Of a DNA stretch of 63,526 nt, positions 50,625 to 62,440 are shown piece after piece. The notes beneath the pieces are model-generated. The model had not been told where the DNA came from and did no database searches. It saw only the letters and a list, made by a program, of their open reading frames with translations. Made by a program: the position numbers and the translations under genes. Source of the DNA: Octopus bimaculoides (lineage: Eukaryota); NCBI RefSeq assembly GCF_001194135.2, contig NC_068982.1, forward strand, positions 143,806,786 to 143,870,311, given 5' to 3'. Position 1 is the first letter of the stretch. Each line of letters begins with the position of its first letter.

Positions 50625-51496
50625 TAAACAACAAAGCATGTGAGACTATTATCCAAAACCTTCCAATAATGCATAAGTACCCTAAGATGAATAAAATTAT
50701 TAAAAGCAGCAAACAGCCAAAACCACTAAAGCCGATATTCACAAATGTAAAGCTATACTAAAAAAATAATGAAAGCAAGAGTTTAAAAATTTGGACGACC
50801 GAACTGTGGAACATGTCCCAACATAATGGAAGGCTCAGAATTCCATTTCAAACAAGGACAAAAATTTTAAATTGAAACCGACTTCACATGCGCCTCTGAA
50901 AATCTCATTTACGCCATAACGTTTCAGCTGCAGTAGTGACTACATAGGTTCAACAGGAATATCCCTAAGACGTCGACCTACACTGCACAGACAACAAATC
51001 TACAATCCCCAATACCGTCAAATACCACTCAGTGGTCACAAAGACAGATGTGCTAATGAACGCCAGCCACAAGTTACAATATTTCCCCTGTACCAACGTA
51101 CGGAAAGGATCTCAACTCAACAACGACTAAATAAAGAGGCAACATTTATTGAAAAATACAAACCAGAACTTAACATGAATATAATGGATTTCACAAATAA
51201 AAAAAAACAACAGAAAAAGGAAAAAAGATTAACCTCTCTTTAGCTAAGAAATATTATATCCACTAATTATCCCTTTAGCTAAAAAAACATTACATTCACT
51301 GATTATCCTCCTGTATAACCACAAAACTGGATCATACCTGCTTCCACGCAAGATTAAATCAAGAACTTATGATTTCATAACATTGAGTCATGATTAGCGA
51401 AGCGAAACCGGTCGACTCTGTACATATTGTAATAGATTTAATAATCTTTATCTACACAAACAAGATTTATGTGCTTTTTCACCTTAAATCTTATTT

Positions 51497-51500
<4 letters not shown>
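50625..51500 (+). mobile_element. Penelope-like element 3' fragment with GIY-YIG endonuclease (about 50785-51180)
   Basis: GRPNCGTCPNIMEGSEFHF..FTCASENLIYAI..YIGSTGISLRRRPTLHRQQIYNPQYRQIPLSGH..RLNKEATFIEKYKPELN: Penelope GIY-YIG with the upstream CxxC linker; stops and a frameshift present. Confidence 0.92.
51385..51418 (+). ncRNA. Degenerate minimal type I hammerhead ribozyme motif
   Basis: gagtc-ATGATTA-gc.gaa.gc-GAAA-ccgg-TC-gactc: perfect 5-bp helix I, short helix II, palindromic helix III; core has two changes from CUGANGA. Confidence 0.7.
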
Positions 51501-51521
<21 letters not shown>

Positions 51522-51531
<10 letters not shown>

Positions 51532-51691
51532 CGGACTTCTTTCAGTTTCCTTCTACTAAATCCAGTCACAAGGCTTTGGTCGGCCCGAGGCTATAGTAGA
51601 AGACACTTGCCCAAAGTGCCACGCAGTGGGATTGGACCCGGAACCATGTGGTTGGGAAGCAAGCTTCTTGCTACACAACCACGCCTGCGCC
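51522..51691 (-). mobile_element. SINE family B, 5' half
   Basis: acaaggctttggtcggcccgaggctatagtagaagacacttgcccaaagtgccacgcagtggg...ccacgcctgcgcc. Confidence 0.9.
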
Positions 51692-51959
51692 TATAGTCAT
51701 GCCGGCACCTATAGCCACGCCCACCTTTTTCTGAATGTGTTTTTGTTTTTCTCGCAATCTGAATTCTCTTTTCACTGCAGAAAAACATTTTTTTTTAGAT
51801 ATTAGAGATGTTACATAAAATATCTTTTAAAAATATCTTTGAAAGATTTATTTCCCCATGAGATTTTTACTATGTCCACTTCCGCTTGTACAGAAAGTTT
51901 ACTCACAAACAACTAAACATCGTATGAACACATTATTGTAATTTAGATCGCAAGACAGT

Positions 51960-52470
51960 AGAGAACACTTTAGAATTTCTGACTTGGCAATCCTTAGTTA
52001 CACCTCCTATGTTTTGAGTTCAAATCCCACTGTTACAGAATGAATAGAACTCGCATCAGTTTACTCTTCACTGTACTTTGTGTTTATGTTAGAAACAATT
52101 ACTATTGAGGCAGTGGACCGGCAGAATCGTTGGCGCATCGGAGAAAATACTCTGCAGTATTTCTAACGGTTTTTCATGTTCTAAGTTCAAATCCTGCCAA
52201 GGTTAGCTGTGCCTCTCAATCATTCGGGGTTGATAAATTAAAATATCAGATAGTATCGATTGCTCGTCAACCCTAAAAATTGCTGGACTTGTGCCTAAAT
52301 CAAATCATTAAGGGCGGCGAGTTAATATAATTGCTAGAGTGACGGCCAAAATACCTAAAGTTATTTCTTCCGATTCATTGTGTTAACTTTTCCGCCGAGA
52401 TTAACTTTGCCTTTTATGCTTTCGGAATCGGTAAAGTCATGTACTGTAGTTGATATAATCGACTAGTTTA
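51960..52470 (+). mobile_element. Cluster of degenerate SINE family A copies
   Basis: Heads ggcagaatcgttggcgc (about 52120) and agggcggcgagtt (about 52312), core aactttgccttttatgctttcgg. Confidence 0.7.
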
Positions 52471-52947
52471 GTTACCTATTTACAGTTAAATGGATTGGCC
52501 CAGTTTTGTGTTCCTCCTGAGAACCGCTGATCTCTCGGCTGGATGTCCGCTACCCTATACATTAGGTCATAGCAGTGTGCTCTTCGTCCTTACGACGGAC
52601 TCTACACTATTTTCATTCACCTAATTTCAAACATGAAGCTTTAGCCGACCGAGATCATAGTAGAAGATACTTGTCCGAGGTAAGCTGAGAGATTTCGAAC
52701 CGGGAGTAACATAGTTACGAAGCAAAAGTGTTTTATCACAAAGCCACTTGATTATGCATTTTCCAGAAAGAAGAATAATCTTAATTCTGATGGAATTTTC
52801 GGTTTTTTGAGAAATTATTATTCTAATGAGATCTTAAGTACCACTGTTTACATCTGGTTTTTAGATATCGCAGATAACTTTCATAGATAAACCGATATAT
52901 AATGTGTGGGTGTGTGTGGATTTATATATATATGTGTGTGTGTGTGT

Positions 52948-53172
52948 GTTATTTTGGCACAAGACTAGCAATTTTTAGGGGTGTGGAAGTCGATTACATC
53001 AACCCCAGTACTTGACTGCTACTTGTTGCAGCGACTCCGAAAAATGAAAGGCAAAGCCGACTTCATTGGAATTTGAACTCAAAACGTAAAGACGGACGAC
53101 ATACTGCTAAGCATTCTGTCCGGGAAAGGCCGCTAAGCATTTTTCCCAGTGTGCTAACGATTCTGTTGGCTC
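52948..53172 (-). mobile_element. SINE family A
   Basis: ttttggcacaagactagc...aaaggcaaagccgacttcattggaatttgaactcaaaacgtaaagacggacg. Confidence 0.85.
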
Positions 53173-53175
53173 GTT

Positions 53176-54594
53176 TATATATGGAATTTGAACTTTAAAA
53201 CGTCACCTCAAAACTAGGCGTCGTCTTATATACTCTGTATAAAAACTGAACCCTTAACTTCCTGTAGTTTAGAGTATCAATGGAGATCAGTGTAAAGCAC
53301 TCGCATAGGTCTTATGGTTCTACAGCGCAGTATTTTCTACAGATTCTTACACGTATGTTTGGGAAGCTGGATTATATTAAAATAACAGCACAGCAAACTT
53401 AGTCATTTGCAACAACTGACGAACAGAAAATGTAAACAATCATCAGCCCGTTCAGCCGGGTCCCAGGGTACTCTTTGTTTACACTGCCTCGTTAGAACGC
53501 TCTCTTATACAGCGCTCAACCAACCGAGGGCTTTCAGGACAAGTGTAATTTACGGTAACTAACGAACCTGTTACGTCAGATTAGCAGCATGTACTGGTAC
53601 CTTTTGTGACTGGTCAGTTCGTGTTAGTCAAACCAATCATAATAAGCCTTACAGTTACCAGTTACTTTTAAACATTTACAGACAAGTTTTCTTGAAAAAG
53701 CTCAAGTTGTCACTCTTTCGTAAGCAGCAGTATTCTCACTGGAGGAACATTAATTTCCAGTAATTGTAAAACCCACCACATGGCTCCAAGTGATAGACGA
53801 AGGAAATATGAAGTTGGTTTTAAGCTGAAAGTGGTGGCATATGGCAAGTCCCACAACAAATGTACTGCTGCAAGAGAATATGGTATAACTGAGAAGATGG
53901 TAAGAGTTTGGAGATTAAAGGAAGACTTGTTAAGGAATATGTACACCCAGGACAAAATGTGCAATGAGAGGAAGCAATGCACACTGGTCGATTCTAGAGA
54001 AGGATGTAGCAGGTGTGGTCCGTGAGCAGGATACGTTGTTTCAAGACCAACGCTAGCAGTGTACTTTATAATAACGTTGCTAATATATTACAATATAATA
54101 TTACACATACCCTGAGTAAATCTGTAAATCCATTTCAAGTAAATGGTGTTATTATGGTATACGTGACACCATGTTAGTTCCTGTAAAATAACCGACGCCT
54201 AAATGACGTCACTACAGTAGTTTAACACCAGCCAAGTACGTTCGATGTGTACCATAGTATGTAATTTACAATATTTGGCCACATTTTGGAAAAGAATTGG
54301 ATACATTTTAAACAACGAAGATTGCAGAATTATTGTATACAAAGTTTACTGATTGAAATAATGTTAAAATGCTATTGAAACACAAAGAAATTAGAGGTTT
54401 TAGGGGGCGCTGGGGAAGCTACAGCTCACCCGACCCCTTTAGCTATGAACCTCGCGCCTTCGGTGTTCGAACTATTTTACACGAAAACTTGGAGTTAGTC
54501 TTATATAGCAAGTATAACTCAAAACCCACTTTTTAAATGGAGATCCTGAAGATCGTCTTGTACAGTCAGGCACATTATACGCCGGCATATACGG
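53176..54594 (+). mobile_element. Internally deleted pogo/Tigger-group DNA transposon; transposase N-terminus at 53780-54050
   Basis: MAPSDRRRKYEVGFKLKVVAYGKSHNKCTAAREYGITEKMVRVWR (Brinker-type HTH), frameshift to PRTKCAMRGSNAHWSILEKDVAGVVREQ (start of CENPB-type HTH). Right end ttatacgccggcatatacgg followed by TA; left TIR not seen. Confidence 0.85.
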
Positions 54595-54685
54595 TATATA
54601 TATTAATATATATATTTGTTAATTATATATGAATGTGTGTGTGTGTGTGTGTCTGTGTGTGTGTGTGTGTGTGTGNNNNNNNNNN

Positions 54686-54734
<49 letters not shown>

Positions 54735-57700
54735 TAGACAGAGAGATCTGAATGAATGCTGTTGAATAGTCTCACCCTCTCTATTGGAGTTAGAGCCAAA
54801 TATCGCAATAGCAGAACTTCATATACATTGAATTAGCATGTAAGGGATCGAGTGTGTCTATTCTAAACGTAATTTTCAAGATAGAATCTCCTTGACACAG
54901 AATAACAGCGCTGTACCTTTGAATTACATGCACTATCAATTGCACGGGCTTCTATATGGTTTCTGTCAATCCTCTTTCACTCACGAGGCCTGGGTCCACC
55001 CGAAGTGGTGTAAATGCCAATTGACTGAGATAGCATGGTATGGGATCGAATCCGTATGCTCTTGATTACGAAATTAGCTTCTTCAACATTCAGCCATGCT
55101 GCTATATATTGTGTTGCTTTTTCTCTCTACTTCTATCTCTACACCCATATCTGTTTATCTAAATATATATAATATTTCTCGATGTTATTGTTCTATAGGA
55201 AAAAAAAATCTAACATGGCAAATAACATAAGTTTTGTATCTGCTGAAATCCATGTTCCGTAACTTGATAATGAATTTCTCTCATGAGTAATACCTTTTTT
55301 TTTTTTTGTATTCGTAACATTATCTCTGAGTAAAAATGAAAATATTCGTGTAAATGGCGCCCGATGGAATTATTTGTGGATTCCGATCATAAAATTTGGT
55401 TAGTGAAAAAAGAAAAACTTATTTTATTCCGCACCGTTCTGATCTTTTCTACTCATGGCGCTCCATTTTAAAAATGAATAATTTATAGAAAATTTTCAGT
55501 TGCAATAAGATTTTTTTTCTCTCAGTAATAATAATACTAATAATGATAACAACAATGATAATGCTTTTATACAACTGCTTTCACAGAGCGGCTGAGAGAA
55601 ATAAACAATATAATAAACGATTACTAAAAACGAACATAATGTATATTCGGGCGAATAAATGCGCGTGATAATATTTCTTGAATGTAAACAGTAATGCTTC
55701 GTCATCATTCAGTGAAAGCAAGTGTGTTAAAAACACAAACCCGTTAATATCGCTTTTGATACCGTCAATGACATATTACAGGCGGATCAGTGAAAAGTTG
55801 CGGTGGATCGATAGATGATTGAATGGATATTGAAAGGGAATAGAATTTATATTAATTTCATCCAATTCGATATCTGAAACTGTATTGGTATACAGTTTGT
55901 CAATTTTTGGAGATCTTGCACTGTTGTCTTTGAGATAGAAGAGGTAGTTGTAATACTGGACGTCTGTTGGTTAGTGGTTGTAACATGTTTATAAAGTCTT
56001 ACCTGTCAAAATGGTCGAATTATTTGTGAATGTGCCTCAGAATGCATACATGAGTGTATAGCGGTTTGAGGTGTGCAGCACTACTTCAATTTGAGATGTA
56101 CATAGACTTAGACATTTCAATCTTGAAAAACTGTTAATGCTAAAAAGGAAATTCCACTTTATACAAGACACATACATTTATGAACCAACGAAAAGATTTC
56201 ACTCAGTTGATCACCTTAAATAGATCACCCTAAAGGTGAAAACCTTAAAAAGCTGATCATCTAGAAATAGCAGTTGAATCTCTCTCAAATTACAGTCTAC
56301 TTTCTTAAGAAAGTAAGGACAAATTTGGATAACGTAGTCGTAGATAATGGATAATAATAAATCAGGGTGGTGACAGCTGGAATATTTGTAATTATAGGTT
56401 TTGTCAACCAAAAACAGAAGATCGCATTGGAGTTATGTAACCCTACATTCATTATCTCTAGAAAAAGTACCACTCTTGATGGCCACGCACGGAATACCTT
56501 TGATTATGGTCTGTTTGGTTAGAGCAGTTAGGCTGAGGCTAAACAAATTTATTCTCATTAGAATAAATTTGTTTGGCCTCAGTTAAACGTTTAATCGAAA
56601 TGGCTTTATGCATGTTCATCACTGCCAAGAGTAGAAGGTTTCTTTCGCTTGCATCGAATATTTAAAATGATTTTGGTTCCGCATTCGAAAGGTGTATGCT
56701 GATAACATCCCACTTTGAACTGTAACAATATTTTGAAATGCTCTTTCACTTCCATGCAAAAATTCTTCGAGATAAATGTCCACCTTTCTATTCAGAATAT
56801 CTTTCAGAAATATCTCTGTTTGGAAGGATTTAAACTCCAGTTCTGTGGTCCATTTATTTGCTGTCATTTATTTCCAAATCAGCTCTAATCCAGCAGATCT
56901 AAATCAAAGGAGTTCCAGCCATAACCAACCTATATATTTTTGTATATCAGAAATTACATGATCAAGTGTGTCATTTTTATAAGAAGTTGAAAGGGTATGA
57001 TTTAAGGGAAATTTTTCTTACCACCAGCATTGCCCAAACGACCTTAACATCAAATTCAGAATTCATTCAAGGTCTGGGGCTACGTGCCATACACTCCGTA
57101 TAAAATTCAAGATAACAACTGGCCCTACTCCTTTTAACATAATCCTAAAGCAAATCAGAGAAGAAAAAGATCCCATCACATTCAAACGAAACCAGGACAC
57201 ATTTCTTCAAGGTGTACCAGTTAAGCTACTTACATCTGGATATTTCTCAGTAAACAAACTCCCAACTTGAATGGGCCAAGATACCACTAAACTTGTCTTT
57301 AAAATAACTTAACAGATACTATCAAGTAGTGCTATTAAGTTAGATATGACCTGGGTCAATCATTGGTCGAAACATATCTAAGTTTTATCTAATTTATAGT
57401 ACTAGCAAACAACTCGAGCGGCTCTGTACAGGCTTTCTTGTTATTGATATCAACCGTCATTGGTTAAACGATAGTTTTGATGAAGAAGTGAATCCCTGAT
57501 ATAGTTTATCACTTGACATGTACAATACATATAATATGCAAAAAGATATTTTTGGTTGCAGAAGACTGGTGGGAGTTTACAGAGGACACTTATCTAAGGT
57601 GCCAGTCCGTGAAATCGAGCCAAAAACAAACTGGTTGCAAAGCCAACTTTTAACCACACAGCTATGCCTGCACTATTTGGACGGGTGTTAAACAAGGGAT

Positions 57701-57752
57701 AAATGCCAAACAGAGAACATAACTAGTAGCTATCATACCAAAGTTATGTGTG

Positions 57753-57795
<43 letters not shown>

Positions 57796-58007
57796 ATTTA
57801 TCCTTTAAATCCGTTTATGTGAAACCTTTTTGAATGCTTTCATAATAAGCGCTAATGCTATTTATTCCAGCTACCGCTTATTGTTCCCATCTTCCAGAGT
57901 AATTTTATGAGGAGGTTATTAGTCTGGTGCCGCTATAGCGTAGGATGAATAACAAGTAATAACAAGAACTTTTGGATGGAAATTCACGAGTTCTTTAGCA
58001 CACATGC

Positions 58008-58102
<95 letters not shown>

Positions 58103-60899
58103 TCCTCTAATCTCCTCCTACCCTTCCTCTGCTTCACCACACCCTCTCCAGACCAGAACCGTCTACATCCCCCTTCTACCGGCTTTTATTCACCTTTTTT
58201 TTCTTTCATTCTACCCTTGAATTCTCTCGACTCATGATATGAACTGCTATTTTGCCGATCTTTCCACCCTGATGATGAAGACCATTATTATGGTAATGTT
58301 TATATGCATCTACTACTGGTTGTATAGCCTTGAATTTTTGCACGCTCCATCTACCAATTAGGAACATTACAACTATTATGTAATTCCGAAAGCTCAAAAA
58401 CAGTTGTCGGAGTTAAAATACCAACCCTTCTCCCTTTAGATTTCTTTACTTATCGTATTTCATGCAAATATATAAATATCTATATGCGTATATATAAACG
58501 TTCATCTGGATATTTTCAGTTTTTGTTTCTCTCTCTCTCTATATATATATATTCTTATATACACTTACATATGTATATGTGTGCATCTATATTTCATATA
58601 TCAATCCCAAGCGTTTATCTGTATCACTATCTCACCTGGATTCCTCTTATAGCCTCTCTTTACTCCGCGGACTTAGTCCTTGATAAAGACTCCGGAGCGT
58701 AAGTTCAAATCTTTTTGAACATTACTACGTATGTTCTATATTGAGCATTTCTGGCTCTCNNNNNNNNNNNNNNNNNNNNNNNNNNNNNNNNNNNNNNNNN
58801 NNNNNNNNNNNNNNNNNNNNNNNNNNNNNNNNNNNNNNNNNNNNNNNNNNNNNNNNNNNNNNNNNNNNNNNNNNNNNNNNNNNNNNNNNNNNNNNNNNNN
58901 NNNNNNNNNNNNNNNNNNNNNNNNNNNNNNNNNNNNNNNNNNNNNNNNNNNNNNNNNNCCTCTCCCTTCCCTCTCTCTCCCATATATATATATATATATA
59001 TATATATCTTTTAAATTTGTTTACGGGAACCGTTTTGAATATGCAAATAAAGCTCCTATTTCTTTATGCCGTCCACAGCCTAATAATGCTGACTGGTGAA
59101 CAAGTTTTTTGAGGTTGCATCGAGCTGTGCCGATATAACGTAAGATAAATATGGTAACAGTAACAATAATCTTTGGATGGAATTTATAAACATTTAAGGC
59201 ATCGTTACGCGCGTTTCTACAAATCACATATCTCTTAAGATCACAGTCCGTATTCCTGGGATGATAACTCAATCAACATTACATCATAACTGTTCGACCC
59301 AACCTGCTGCCTATCATTTAAGTACCTGATTCATTTGAATCCTTAACATTGTATATAATATACTCACACAATTTAATATTTGAATGATGTAAAATAGTTA
59401 CTTTATTTTCCACTTAGTACTTTATTAAGTTATAGCTTAGGTCACACAATGGTTGATTGAGCAGACCTGTGTTCAAACCGGAGTTAAACTCTCTTAATTT
59501 GGAACTAAATTTATCGAGAGTAAATTTTTTAAAAACCCACTAGAGTAAAAGGCAAATAATGAAATCATTGGATTTATTACTGAAACACATGGTCCCAAAT
59601 TAACAGAAAGTAAACTGGATGCTTCGATGTTTGTCATTTTCGATTCTCAACATAAACGAAATGGCTTGAATTAGAAAGTGAAACCAAATTGCAGGCTCGT
59701 CTTGCCGACTACTTGTCAATATCACACTATGTTCACCATATATGAAAATATTTTAAGTTAATGTTTATCGCATTTGATTTCTGTAAATCCATTAAAACAA
59801 TGAAAATTCAAAAGGTGCCACTTTCACTCCATTGGCGGGAGCATCTTGCCAGCAGAGCATCCAGTTGAAAGCGTTCATAGAGAGCGTTATCGATAAATAA
59901 TCAATATTGTATTCATCTAACTGCTAGTTTTTGAGTTTAATACTTCGTATTTCCTGCGTCAGGAAATATGAAGTGCTGAATCACTCACAATTACATATAT
60001 ATATATACATATATACATAAACTACTTACACACACACACACACACACACACATACATATAATTACTTGCAGTAACTTATATAATCAATACTTCCCTCACA
60101 TGTCTTTCAGTAATTTTCCCACATGTATTTCACAGAACAAATCCTATTTAAATCATATTTACTTTATTCTGCCATAAAAAAATTCTTTTCGAAGACCTTT
60201 TATACATTTCGAAAAACCACATCGCTAAAAACAGTTTCTTTAAAGTTCATCTCGCGATAATACTTTTCCATAATTTGTGAGAGTTGTGTACACAGTTCTG
60301 CTCTTGCTCCTTTATCATAAACGACATATGTCAATTTTGAAATCAAATTTTACATGACGATATAAAGATGTTATTTTCTTCGGGTGAATGTTTATCTTTC
60401 GATAGCCTCGCCTCTTCCTCTTATACTTAATATCATTATAGAACGAACTTAGCACTCAGAATTGAAACATTTAAATATATTGTTTTAGATTATTAGCGAA
60501 AGATAACTGTGTTGTATAACATTCATACCTTTCTCAAAGTGATGAATAATGTAAATGAAATGATAAGGCTACCGCTGGGAATCAAAACAGTGTCTTGGAC
60601 TAGGCTCGTAACCAACTTCTAAGCAGTTCCACTTGTTACTCTCTCCTTTTGTTTCTTTCTTTTATTCATATACATACGTATAATTCATCTTTATTGAACT
60701 CTTTATTGAGCTCTTTATTGGAACTTTGTACAAAGAAATATTTTCGTTATACTTTTGAGGTACTTATTTATCTAATAAATATCTTTCTGTACTTTAAATA
60801 TTATTTTTGTTGTCAATTCTTGAGAGTAGGTCCCTTTACTATAAATTCTTGATGGTTCTACTATATACCTCATACTCCGGTTTTACTTTGCGAGACTAC

Positions 60900-61165
60900 G
60901 AATGTGAATAAAATCAGTAATTGTTTTACTGCGTATTTCTGTTGTCCGCTGATGATGGACAACAGAAAATGAACGTATATTTCTATTTGTGTCCAGCAAT
61001 GGAGAAAATACGTCCTACTCCTTGTTTCTTTCTGTGTTCCTTTCTATTGAAGAGCGTAGGCTCGAAACGTTAAAGACTTTCTCTATTCCCGAGCGTTATA
61101 CTAATACATCCATTTATTGTTTACACCACCTGTCTTCGTCTGTTGTTTTTTCGTGAATTCTCCTA
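60900..61165 (+). mobile_element. Penelope-like terminal fragment ending at (TA)n
   Basis: ttgaagagcgtaggctcgaaacgttaaagactttctc...acaccacctgtcttcgtctgttgtttttt then TA repeats; hammerhead-like GAAACGT. Confidence 0.6.
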
Positions 61166-61179
61166 TATATATATATATA

Positions 61180-61400
61180 TAGGCGTGATTGTGCGGTTGA
61201 GAAGTTAACTTCCCAACCACATGGCTTCGAGTACAGTCCCACTGGGCGGCAAATTGGGCAAGTGTCTTCTATTGTCGCTCTAGACCGACAAAAGTTTTAT
61301 GAGCGGATATGGTAATTGTGTATGTCCCCATAACTTAACGGTTGAGTATAAGAGGTCGATAGAATAAGTACGAGACTTTAAAGATATAAGTATAGGACTG
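61180..61400 (+). mobile_element. SINE family B, internally deleted
   Basis: ggcgtgattgtgcggttgagaagttaacttcccaaccacatggcttcgagtacagtcccactggg...gatagaataagtacgagac. Confidence 0.8.
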
Positions 61401-62246
61401 GCAACGAGATATTCTATCGCTGCTACAACAGGCAGTACCTATTCTTGTTACATAACACGATTATTTAGCTGTACTCAGTTGAAATATTCTAACAGAATGT
61501 CAACACAATTACAATGATCTTAAAAAAGCAGTGGCTGTTAATTTCAATTATAAAATCAAGAATAAAAGTTAAGGAAATAAGTGAAGCAACATTGTTTCTG
61601 TTAAAACATATGGTAGGAAGATGTTTAAGAATCCCTAAAAACATATTTCTTTTAATGTTTAGCAATTTTTTTCCCTTCCATTGTTTTAGTTTCCTATAGC
61701 TTTGCTATTTGTTTCAAGTAATTGACAAGAAAATAAGCAAGAATTTTCAAAACAAAGAAAAAAAAAACATTTCCATAAGAAAGTCAATTCTAAAAGTAAA
61801 GAAAGCCAACTTTTTTTTTTAACACTTATCTTATTTCTCCTTTTAATCTTCGAGTAATTTGGAGTCGAGCCAAGCAAAGATTAATTTGGAGTCGAGCCAG
61901 CACTCTTTTCACCGATGGGGAAATCGATTGCACTGCAATTATTTGTAGTGTTGCACCGAGCGTCGTTAAGTAAGAAGTAGGCTTCTTGTGAACTAATACT
62001 GTCTCAGTTTCGATTCATGTTTGCAGTCAAATCATCTCGTATCATTTAGCGCCACTAAAACTCTTGTAAAAAAAAACAAATTAATTGAAAGTATTAGTGT
62101 TATAATTTCTTATTTAAAAATAACGAGCACCTTAAGGTGGTGGTATGAACTCGCAACTTAAGTTTCAACTCTCGATTGAAAGGATCCAAATTATTTTCAT
62201 TTCACAATAACGTCATAAATGCCGTCGTCAATATCGTGAATGCCTC

Positions 62247-62440
62247 GTAAGGCGGCGAGCCGGCAGAATCGTTTGCACGCCAGGCATGATGCTCAGCGAC
62301 TTTTCCTCTCATCTCTACGTTCTGAGTTCAAATTCCACCGAGGGTCGATAAAATAAGAACCAATTGAGCACTGGGATTGATTTAATCGACTTGGTCCCTT
62401 CCCTGAAACTGCTGGCCTTGTACCAAAATTTGAAACCAAT
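62247..62440 (+). mobile_element. SINE family A
   Basis: taaggcggcgagccggcagaatcg...ttctgagttcaaattccaccgagggtcgataaaataag...cttgtaccaaaatttgaaacc. Confidence 0.9.

Noticed and set aside
55990-56150. Minus-strand exon ending at a perfect CAG|GTAAGA donor at 56003; similar lone donors at 16799 and 39219
   Set aside because: No convincing open frame with a matching acceptor; lone consensus donors are expected by chance.
57020-57100. Tc1/mariner catalytic remnant (PNDLN..VWGY)
   Set aside because: The motifs are in different frames with poor spacing and no TIRs.
61855-61899. 18-bp direct repeat taatttggagtcgagcca with a 9-nt spacer, as a CRISPR-like array
   Set aside because: Only two units in eukaryotic DNA; a simple local duplication.
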